DNA from: Bigelowiella natans CCMP2755
Lineage: Eukaryota; Protista; Cercozoa
Length of the DNA stretch: 34,759 nucleotides
Assembly (NCBI GenBank): GCA_000320545.1
Contig: ADNK01003222.1
Span: 1 to 34,759, forward strand
Direction of reading: 5' to 3'
Shown here piece by piece: positions 13,218 to 22,300 of the stretch. The position numbers and the translations under genes were made by a program. Under the pieces are notes generated by a model. The model made no database searches. It had not been told where the DNA came from and saw only the letters and a program-made list of their open reading frames with translations. The first letter of the stretch is position 1. The number at the start of each line of letters is the position of its first letter.

Positions 13218-16200
13218 TCAAATTTTTTCAATGGTCATCCTGATGTAGCTGTGCAATGCAGCGGCTACAGCGCTAATGTTGCATCTGTTGGTTTCTGCCA
13301 CAATGTGTTTCATGCATTTGAAAGCGTCCTCATGCGACCGATGTTGCCGCGCACTGCGCGCAGCAGTTCTGGATTCAATTTCAGCCTTTGTCAACCGGTT
13401 CGTGTCGTCGTTGCGATTCATGATCGCGCGCATTTGATTGCGCAATCTGATTTGTTCTCGACCATGTGTTGGACATTGCAGGAGATGATCCATGTCCTTC
13501 AGGATGCCACATGCATCGCACGTGGCATCTTCCTCTGTGCATTGTCCACGTGACAGCATGAATTTGCCAAGATTGCCGACACCACAGATGGCGCGCATCC
13601 ATGATGTAGCAACACTTGGAAGTTTCAGTTTGATGCCGGTGATCGAAGATGACGGGAGGAAACCAAGATTCTTGAGATGCACAGCGCGCAATGAATCATT
13701 GGACCATTCCTCTTCGAATTCGTTGAAAGCACAAGATTTCATCACCTTGTGATGTTTTTTCAGTTCTTTTTTCAGCGCCTCTGTTGTCGCCAAAACGGTG
13801 GGCAATTCGTCACCTAACAAGTCGTCAGTGATCGATTTGAGCCGTCGAAACAAGGATGCTTTGTTCCACGTGTGTGTGGGCACATCAATCCACGATGTGC
13901 CATCCAACATTTTTCGATTTTCAATGATGAAGCCATAACTGCTCCAATCATTTATTCCCTCATGGATTTGAGGACCGCTGCCTGTGTCGATCCATGCGTT
14001 AGTGCGTAACCATGATTTAGCACACTGCACTTTAGTTTGATATCGGGGTGGCAACGTGCCAGTGAGGACGTGGGGGACGTCGTTGGAGATGGATCCAGGT
14101 AATCCCAATATACGTTTCAGGGTTTGGGATTCCATGGAATCCATCTGTTTTATTCGTATGTTTCTTCGTGATCTCCATATTGGAGCAGCGTATCTGCTGG
14201 ATGCAAGGAACCATGATTTGTAAAATTTCAGTCTGACGTTTAGCGGTACAAGGTGTCTGGAATAACACAACCTTAACAAAAACCTTCGCTTCTTTTGCAA
14301 TCTCAGGTGAGAAGCAAGAGCATGTTTTTCAAAGGTTAATTTGTTGTCGAAGATTAGTCCGAGACATCTGCCGCTGTCGACTCTTTTTATTTTTCCTTGG
14401 AGATTGAGAGAGATGTTCCAGGAGGTTTGGTGTCGGTGGGCTTTATTTCTTTTGTCAATTATAAGGTACCCGCTCTTGTCCCCATTGAATCGCATCCGCC
14501 ATTTCATGCACCAGTCCGTCATTTGGTTTAGGTCGGCCTGGATATCATCTTGCATTTTCCCCCATCGGTTTGGCGAAAACAATTTGTAGGGGGTAACGTC
14601 GTCACAGTATATTTGGAAATCTGTGTTGGTAATATGTTCGTAAATGTCGTAATAGGTTATGAAAAGGAAACAGCTGAGAGATGATCCTTCGGGGACGCCG
14701 CTCCCAAGGTTCATGTGCTCAGAGAGAGTATTGCCAAATCTGAATCTGGCGGTACGATCTCTGAGCCAGTCGTCGATCCACAGCAATAGCGAGCCTCGTA
14801 TTCCGTATTTGTCATGTAACTTGCGTATCATGCCGGAATGCCAGGCTTTTGGATAAGCTTTAGAGGCATCTGTAAACAACAGGATGGCTGCAAGCTTTTT
14901 GTTATATACTCCATCCTCGATTGACTGCGTCATCTTTGTGAGTGCAGTTTCGCAGGATCGATTTTTCATGAATGCATACTGATGTATGCTAATGTTTTTG
15001 GGGGGTATAGCTTCGCGGAGCCGTTGTTCTATTAGTTTGTCTTCTATTTTTGAAGCTATTTGTAGGAGAGAAATCGTTCTCCCGTTGAGAGGGGTGTTAA
15101 GTTCTTTGTTGGCCTTAGGGATGAGACAAAAAATGGCCGCCTTACGTGAGCCATCTCGGGTACCCCATCTATATGACATGTTGAATGTAGCTAACCACAG
15201 TTGATGGAGTTTCTTGCTTTTTTTCAACATGTTTAGGTGAACACCATCATCGCCAGGAGACTTGTACGGTGATGCTTTGTTGATCACGTTTCTTAGTTCA
15301 TGCATAGAAAAATCTCTGTTGTATGAATTAACACTGTGGATCTTTTTGTCTTCATTTTTCCTGAAGGTATTTCTCCAAGCCTCAGTTTCAGCGTGAAAGG
15401 TTCGATTTTTCTTGTCTGACGGGTGTGGTTTGTAGATATGTTTCCATTTGGCAACACACACTCCACATTTTTTTTCTTCAGAGGTTTCGCCATCGAGTCC
15501 TCCGAATTTATCCCGCCCTCTGGATTTTTGGAATAATTTGTACAGCATTCTGGTATGATTCCCATTGTTGTATTTTTCGAAGCGAGACAAGAATAATTGC
15601 CATGCTTCGTACTGAAGGGTTTCGGTGGTTCGTTCAAGTTCGGCGTTGATTTCTTGGATCTTGGTTTCTAATAATTTTCTCTTCCGAAATTTCCTTTCGT
15701 GTTTCAAGGATCTAAATAATTTTTCTTGTTGATCTTTGATGGATTTATATTTTTTGTCGTTTTGGTATGGCTTGATTGGACTCCAACGTTGTCGTTTTTT
15801 TGGTGTGCAGCTATTAAAAGCTTTTCCGGTAAAGTCCCAGAACCAGCGTTCAAGCTTTTTTGCATCAGCCTCCGATTGAACGTTTAGTATGCGCTGGTGC
15901 AAGCGTTCGGTAATATTATTCAATTTTTCGTCAAATCGTTTTACATCGAATTTGTCGATGTCATATATCATTGGTGAAGTCTGTTGATGGATTGCCACAG
16001 GTTTTCCAAAGTGGATACCGAAATGGTCACTTGTCGTGGTGTTGGCCATCTGATATTCTATTTGGTGTGCGAAGTTTGAGGAGCACAGCACATGATCAAG
16101 TGTGCTTGTGTTTCCTTTTCTGAAATATGTGGCTTCCCCAGGGTTGACCATCATGATGTTGTTATCCGACAACCACTGGTGTAGGTATCTGCCACGTCTA

Positions 16201-16712
16201 TCTTCTTGGTTTCGGACATCGTAGGTGGAGTGTTTAGCATTAGTGTCCCCCACGATGATGTATTTTTTCCATTTCTGTTTCCGAATGATGTTCATTATGA
16301 AATCTAATCTCTCTTTCAGATGTGAGATGTTTTGGTGTGGCTGGAGGTACACCATTATGACAGCATATTTTTCAATGCTGTGTATGAAAAAACTAATATC
16401 GTAATTGTTATCATCTATAGGTATATGAATTATATCTGTGTTCTTTTTTCTTAATCCAAAGCTCCCAGAGGAGCCGCTCGTCCGAATCACTTCGTATCCC
16501 GCTGGAGGATGCAGCCTCTCCGATTCTTTGAGGCGGCCTTCCCCAAACCAGGCGAGTTCGATGTTGTTGGTGGTTATCATTTCTTTTAACATATTATATC
16601 TTCTATTTATTCTTTGCCTGCCTTGTTCAGTTCCGTTTTTACTGCGTATGTTTTGGTAGTAGTAGGGGAGATTCAAATGATTAACCATATTTACGTGTCC
16701 TTCTGTTTTCAT
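13218..16712 (-). CDS. LINE ORF2: apurinic-type endonuclease + reverse transcriptase + C-terminal zinc finger (1164 aa)
   Basis: APE motifs QNIRS, VYL, IVGDTNAKH, TY..STLDHV, TSDH. RT motifs SPGDDGV, RTISLL, HQYAFMKNRSCET, DASKAY, GVPEGSSLS, YCDDV, CLGLIFDNKLTF. C-terminal CDACG..DMDHLLQCP. No RNase H motif recognised. Confidence 0.95.
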   Translation of the reverse strand: MKTEGHVNMVNHLNLPYYYQNIRSKNGTEQGRQRINRRYNMLKEMITTNNIELAWFGEGRLKESERLHPPAGYEVIRTSGSSGSFGLRKKNTDIIHIPIDDNNYDISFFIHSIEKYAVIMVYLQPHQNISHLKERLDFIMNIIRKQKWKKYIIVGDTNAKHSTYDVRNQEDRRGRYLHQWLSDNNIMMVNPGEATYFRKGNTSTLDHVLCSSNFAHQIEYQMANTTTSDHFGIHFGKPVAIHQQTSPMIYDIDKFDVKRFDEKLNNITERLHQRILNVQSEADAKKLERWFWDFTGKAFNSCTPKKRQRWSPIKPYQNDKKYKSIKDQQEKLFRSLKHERKFRKRKLLETKIQEINAELERTTETLQYEAWQLFLSRFEKYNNGNHTRMLYKLFQKSRGRDKFGGLDGETSEEKKCGVCVAKWKHIYKPHPSDKKNRTFHAETEAWRNTFRKNEDKKIHSVNSYNRDFSMHELRNVINKASPYKSPGDDGVHLNMLKKSKKLHQLWLATFNMSYRWGTRDGSRKAAIFCLIPKANKELNTPLNGRTISLLQIASKIEDKLIEQRLREAIPPKNISIHQYAFMKNRSCETALTKMTQSIEDGVYNKKLAAILLFTDASKAYPKAWHSGMIRKLHDKYGIRGSLLLWIDDWLRDRTARFRFGNTLSEHMNLGSGVPEGSSLSCFLFITYYDIYEHITNTDFQIYCDDVTPYKLFSPNRWGKMQDDIQADLNQMTDWCMKWRMRFNGDKSGYLIIDKRNKAHRHQTSWNISLNLQGKIKRVDSGRCLGLIFDNKLTFEKHALASHLRLQKKRRFLLRLCYSRHLVPLNVRLKFYKSWFLASSRYAAPIWRSRRNIRIKQMDSMESQTLKRILGLPGSISNDVPHVLTGTLPPRYQTKVQCAKSWLRTNAWIDTGSGPQIHEGINDWSSYGFIIENRKMLDGTSWIDVPTHTWNKASLFRRLKSITDDLLGDELPTVLATTEALKKELKKHHKVMKSCAFNEFEEEWSNDSLRAVHLKNLGFLPSSSITGIKLKLPSVATSWMRAICGVGNLGKFMLSRGQCTEEDATCDACGILKDMDHLLQCPTHGREQIRLRNQMRAIMNRNDDTNRLTKAEIESRTAARSARQHRSHEDAFKCMKHIVAETNRCNISAVAAALHSYIRMTIEKI

Positions 16713-18111
16713 ATGCCCTGAATCGTAGGTAGCTGCCCTGATATGTGATTTGTGAATTCAGCAGTTTGGTGGCCTCTTCATGCGAGTGCACAAACAGCTG
16801 AAGTAGAGGGCCCTTGCCGAGAGGTTCTATTGCTGCGACTTTTACATCGATGTTGGTTTCGATTATCTGCTTGATGATTCCAATTCGTGTTGATTTTTCC
16901 TGCTCGTTAGGTCCCAGCCTTGGGCCTCTCAGAACTACAGAGTGCTTACTTGGCCTTGACTTAGCTGCTCTGACTGTGGTCACTAATCCAAAGAGTGAGG
17001 GAAGGAATGATCCTTGTCCTAACTGATGTTCGGTGTTAAGCAGATCCAGGTAAGCATCCATCTTAGATTCTCTGGAGCCTTTGAAGAACACTTTTAGGTG
17101 GGTTTTATTCCTAGATTTGAATTGGATTCCTTGAAAGTCCTTCCCATATTTCGCTTGGAAAGCTACGTGCATTTGGAATTCGTTCAATCCTAGTGCATCG
17201 ATCAACTTTGGAGTTATTTTGGACAGGTTTTTCCCAATATCTGGAACATCTTTTTTTTCACTGGATGGGTTCAAATCCTCTACGTTCTTTCCGGCTAGGC
17301 ATTTAGTCTCTTCTTCCTCGGTGTTAACTTCTGTCAGTGTGTCGCGGTTTTCATCCCTCGGATCTGCTGTGTTTGTTTCCTCACTTGTTGGTTCGTTGGG
17401 ATGTTTTTTTTTGCCAGTGAGAACAGTGCGACATGGGTCGCCGGAGGCCATAATGGCGCCCCCCGCTTGCAGCATGGCTTTTTTGTCAAGTTCCAATATG
17501 AGCACGTTCTGTTTATACTTCCGGTTGTATTTCCTTTGATTCCTGGCGTGACTTTTTGGAACTTGCCAACTCTGGCTATTCTTTCGCTCAGCTAGTCTTT
17601 GTACTTCTGCTTCAGGATATTTATCTCGACCATGAGGTTCATCAGCGCGTGATGAGGTTGTGACACTAGCGTAAGTTCTCGAGGTCCGTTGCATCGAGGA
17701 GGGTTGAGCTTCCATTGTGCCATTCTTCTGATGTTCCTTGATATAAGTCAGTTCTTCTTCAAGTTTCAGTAATTTGTTTTTAAGCCCAGCGTTTTCCTCC
17801 TGCATGTCTTTTTGATCTTGCTGCAATTGTTGTTGTTTCTCATCAACTAACTGGACCATTGTGGTCAGCATTTCACACAATTTTTTCATTGTGTTCCACT
17901 GAGGAGTTTCTTTGCGTTCCATTGTTGCAGACAGTGTTGAAGTAACTTCGCGAAGGCATTGAGACAGATCATGACTTTTCCTATCAGAGCCACAGTCGTC
18001 ATCATTGCATTCTGAATCGAGATCCAACGTTGCGTGTTGGTTCTTTTTGTGCTTTCTTCCCTTTTTGGGTGTCTGGTGCTTGTTGTTGCCACGCGCGCTG
18101 CGCGTGATCAT
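16681..18111 (-). CDS. LINE ORF1 protein (coiled coil + RRM-like C-terminus)
   Basis: Open frame directly upstream of ORF2, overlapping it by 32 nt. First ATG at 18111 (MITRS; the track's 18123 start is TTG). Heptad-like LQQDQKDMQEENAGLKNKLLKLEEELTYIK; C-terminal SVVLRG...LLQLFVHSHEEATKLL...FRAY resembles the RRM of LINE ORF1s. Confidence 0.8.
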   Translation of the reverse strand: MITRSARGNNKHQTPKKGRKHKKNQHATLDLDSECNDDDCGSDRKSHDLSQCLREVTSTLSATMERKETPQWNTMKKLCEMLTTMVQLVDEKQQQLQQDQKDMQEENAGLKNKLLKLEEELTYIKEHQKNGTMEAQPSSMQRTSRTYASVTTSSRADEPHGRDKYPEAEVQRLAERKNSQSWQVPKSHARNQRKYNRKYKQNVLILELDKKAMLQAGGAIMASGDPCRTVLTGKKKHPNEPTSEETNTADPRDENRDTLTEVNTEEEETKCLAGKNVEDLNPSSEKKDVPDIGKNLSKITPKLIDALGLNEFQMHVAFQAKYGKDFQGIQFKSRNKTHLKVFFKGSRESKMDAYLDLLNTEHQLGQGSFLPSLFGLVTTVRAAKSRPSKHSVVLRGPRLGPNEQEKSTRIGIIKQIIETNIDVKVAAIEPLGKGPLLQLFVHSHEEATKLLNSQITYQGSYLRFRAYENRRTRKYG

Positions 18112-19162
18112 CACGGTGGGCAATATTTCACTTGTGCGCGGCTATGAGTCCGTTTGAAGATGTGCACATGCGCTATTGAGTTGTCATTGGGCATATTTCG
18201 ATCATCGAGCGCACGAACTGTGCAAAATGAACACACTTTGCAGTAGTCATACGCAAGATGTTGTCAGCGTTCGTCATATCGCTATAGCAGTCATACACGC
18301 GCAATGTACGCTAATTGATGCACATGTAGCAGACACACATGCATATATACATGCAGCGTACACGACAGCTAGTAGCGCTCGGCTATGGCACTCCTATGCA
18401 TGCATGCTGCATGATGTACGCACTGTGTGCACAATCGTAGCCAGCTAGCCAGGGCCATGCGTGCGCCATCTAGCTATGCAGTCCATCATCTATTTGTAAC
18501 TTCTTCGCGATGATAACGGTAATTGACAATTTCACGAGTGCTAGTTACACATTCCATGTTTGAGATGCATCACTGGTACGCATTCGTCTTAGCCAACAAA
18601 ACCGGAAAAAAGAAAGGTGCTAGTCCTCACTCCCAATTGAAAGAAAGGCAAAATTAAGGATATGGCAGCAGGACACCATGTTGTCACCATAGTAAAGATG
18701 TTAAAAATAGAAGGAATATATATACTCCTTCCTTGGTTGTTTCTTGGATTGGTTTATTTCTTCCTCGATACTTGTTCTACCTCCACTTCACATGAATCAT
18801 AGCATGAAGAGTAAACCATTACCTCTCCATACCATGAGCATGCAATAGGAATTCGTGATTTCGAACAAATGAAAAGGACACTGTTTTGAGAGACTATATA
18901 GTAGAGGCAAACTCATATGGGAATATAAATCAGTATACATGCAGAATGGATCTAAAATGTCATATTTTATGTAGAAATCAAACTTCATCAGCTTTGTGCT
19001 GCTTTCGATATTCTGGTGTAATAGCCACCATTTAAAATCGCAACTACTTTCTGTTTACCCAGCAGTTGTCACCGATGGACAAATATACCAATATTAAGAA
19101 GAAAAACAGCATAGCACCTAAAAGAATCTTTCTATATGAATACGCCTATCCCACCCACCCAC

Positions 19163-19166
<4 letters not shown>

Positions 19167-19223
<57 letters not shown>
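19167..19223. repeat. (TA)n microsatellite downstream of the ATPase stop
   Basis: About 28 TA units, directly visible. Confidence 0.95.
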
Positions 19224-19227
<4 letters not shown>

Positions 19228-19334
19228 CAATTTGCAACGATTTCGTCATCTTCTCTCAATTATAAGATGGAAAATTCCGTCGTGAAAATGATGATTCGAC
19301 GAGATTGTATGCAACACGTATTTATTAATAACAT

Positions 19335-22300
19335 TTAATAGTAAGTGTATGTGTAGACCCATCCTGATTCTCCTTGCTGTCGCATAATTGACTTACGGAT
19401 CTCGTCATAACAAAGAATGTAAATCGCAAATGGAAGAGCAGGAAGCCAGTGAACGAACTCAATAGCCCGTGTACCAAGCCCTGTATTCAAACCTGGAGTG
19501 TAGCAAAGGAAGATACCTAGTACTGTTTCAAAGACAAGACCAAAGTTGAGGACTTGATTCCTCATTCCCTGGTGGTAGATAGAAAGTGTACGAGTCTTGC
19601 AAGCTAGGATATCTGCCCATTGTACGACGATAATACACACGAAATATGCACACTGTGCGTGAGCCAATGCTTCTTTTGGATTCTGGCAAATCCCATTACA
19701 AATGTTGCACTTTTTCAGATCGTAGCTGTTGCCGTCATAAATCATGGTAGCTGCGTCACAGTTGCCTCCCGTGCGAACAATGACAGGCTTGTCGCTATCA
19801 TCGTTGGCATCAGCTTCGAATGCAGCAGAAAGACCAAACAGGATCTCAGGCTTGAAACCATAGTCGTTAAGAACGACGAAGTATGTGTAGAATCCACCAA
19901 GGGCCTGGATAATACCGATTTGAAGGTATGAGAAAGAAATCAGCTTTGCAGTAACCAAACGGTCCGTGTCCATATTTCGCGGCGGCTTTTCCATAATATT
20001 AGCTTCTCTGTTCTCGTAGGCAAGGGAAATAGCAGGAACCATATCCGTACCGAGGTCAATACACAAGATAAGTACAGTCGTAAGGGGAAGAGGAATCGAA
20101 GTAAGAATAAACATTAGGAAGGGCGTGATCTCAGGGATGTTGGATGATAGTGTGTATGCAATAGATTTCTTCAAGTTGTCAAAGATGAGTCGGCCTTCTT
20201 GCACACCATCTACAATAGATGCGAAGTTATCGTTGAGAAGAATCATATCGGCAGCCTCCTTTGCAACATCGGAACCTTCCATTCCCATTGCAACACCGAT
20301 GTTAGCCTTCTTCAGCGCAGGAGAATCGTTAACACCATCTCCAGTTACGGCAACGACGTAATTGCACGACTTGTCAGGTTTGAGTCCACGCCCACGCTTA
20401 ATGGTCTTATTCTGGAGACCCTTCACGATGAAGAGCTTTTGCTGTGGAGAAGTACGTGCAAAAACGATATCATCATAGTCCAACACACGGTCCAACTTAT
20501 CAGGAGTGAACGTCTGTAGCTGCTTGCCCTCGATAACAATAGCGGTAATTCGAGGATCATCCTCCTTGACGGTATCTGGGTCTTTGCCTTGAAGAGTAAG
20601 TTCTGCTCGTAGATCACGGATTGTCTTAGAGTTCTTCCTGATGATATTAACTTGCTTTGCAATAGCTTCTGCAGTGACGGCATGATCACCGGTAACCATG
20701 ATGACATTGATTCCTGCACGTTGACACTTGAGAACAGACCCTGGGACAGCAGGACGAGGAGGGTCAATCAGAGAAATAAGACCACAGAATGTAAGAGATG
20801 ACTGGATCTCCTCCCTAAAATTCCAGTCCTCCTCTGCTCCGGAGACGTGGTACTTGAAATCAGCAGGATACTTCGACTTGTCGAGATAGGTGTAAGCAAG
20901 GCCAAGAACACGTTCACCACCGTCCATCAACCGGAAAATGTTGTCGTTGAAGCTCTTGATGTGAGCCTTCTTTTCCTCAATCTTCCCATCTATCAAAATT
21001 TTGTCGCATCTAGTCCAAACACGCTCAGGTGCTCCTTTGAACATGAGCATGTGAGGTTTGGTCTTATCACAATCTTGCTCATTGATGGAAACCATGAACT
21101 TATTCGCAGACTTAAATGGTACGAGACCGTTAGGAACACGAGGGTTTTGATCACGTAGTTTCTTAATTGGCTGAAGAGTCTGGAAGTATTTAATGAAGGC
21201 TGTTTCTCCTGCATCTCCTTCAACAGGCCATGTATTGACCTCAGCGTCTTCAGGCATTTCCTTGAACACTGCAGTTGCACAGTTGACACCAATGTTGTGA
21301 AGCACTTGAAAGGTTGGATCCTTCATATCGATCTCATTAGGAGCATGAATCTTGTTGTTGTAGTAAAGGTGAGCAACACTCATACGGTTTTGAGTCAGAG
21401 TTCCTGTTTTATCTGATGCAATAACGGAAGTTGAACCTAGAGTCTCTACAGCCTCGAGGTTTTTCACCAAAACCTTCTGTGTTTCCATACGCTTTGCAGT
21501 AAGAGTGAGCGCAACCGTCACAGTTGCAAGAAGTCCTTCAGGGACGTTAGCCACAATAATACCAATGCAGAACACAACGTTATCAATTGCATCGAATCCT
21601 TTAATGATACCGATAATGAGGAAAACTACACCAAGCACAATAGCAACGGAGGAAATGATCTTGATGAAATGTTCAATCTCCTGTGCAATGGGGGTTTCTT
21701 CCTCTTCTGCAGTAGAAGCAAGCTTTGCAATTCGACCAATGACAGTTCTGTCACCCGTCGCAATGACAATTCCCTTTCCATTTCCTTCGCAGCAAAGAGT
21801 ACCATAGAAAGCAACGTTTGTGGCTTCAAGAGGTCTCTTGCCTTTGGGATCTGCCTTTGGGAAACGTTCCTGCGGTTCTGGCTCTCCAGTCATAGAGGCA
21901 TTATCGACTTTGAAGGATTGTGCCTCAAACATCCGGACGTCAGCTGGAATCTTCTTACCGTTCTTGATCTCAACGATATCTGTAATAAAAATAAACATAA
22001 TTAATTGGACGATACTGCATACAATATGTTGTATCCATGGAAATAGGGGAAGAAAACTTCATTTTAGTTTACCGCCAATGACGATATCAGTTGCTGGAAA
22101 ATCGGAGATTTTCTTTCCTTCACGGGTAACAATGGTCGATGTTGGTGTCAACTTCTTAAAACCTGACAAAGAACATTTTCGTATTATGGGAGGCAATAAA
22201 TACATCAATAATAAATCTTGCCAAAATTAAAGGAGTAACACATGAAATTGTTGCAGACTGTTATAAATTGTATACCTTGCATGACCGCATCAGCTTGTGC

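Larger units (their letters stand above)
12940..18490 (-). mobile_element. Non-LTR retrotransposon (LINE, APE-type, two ORFs), apparently full length; boundaries approximate
   Basis: Two long intronless overlapping ORFs in an intron-rich neighbourhood; APE + RT + C-terminal Cys/His finger. Boundaries inferred from compositionally distinct flanks (12940-13217 and 18124-18490). No clear TSD or poly(A) seen. Confidence 0.9.

Noticed and set aside
12880-18600. Target-site duplication, poly(A) tail or LTRs for the retroelement
   Set aside because: No convincing direct repeat or tail found by eye; the shared 9-11 nt words are not colinear.
18500-19160. Small minus-strand gene between the ATPase and the LINE
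   Set aside because: A few possible splice sites but no coherent frame or recognisable protein.
19335-21998. 887 aa ORF as the complete ATPase
   Set aside because: Its ATG lies in an intron; the real exon begins at 21979 and six upstream exons supply the N-terminus and M1-M2.
13251-22230. Plus-strand and alternative-frame ORFs overlapping the LINE and ATPase
   Set aside because: Shadow ORFs with no motifs. TpA loss also removes TAA/TAG stops and inflates spurious ORFs.
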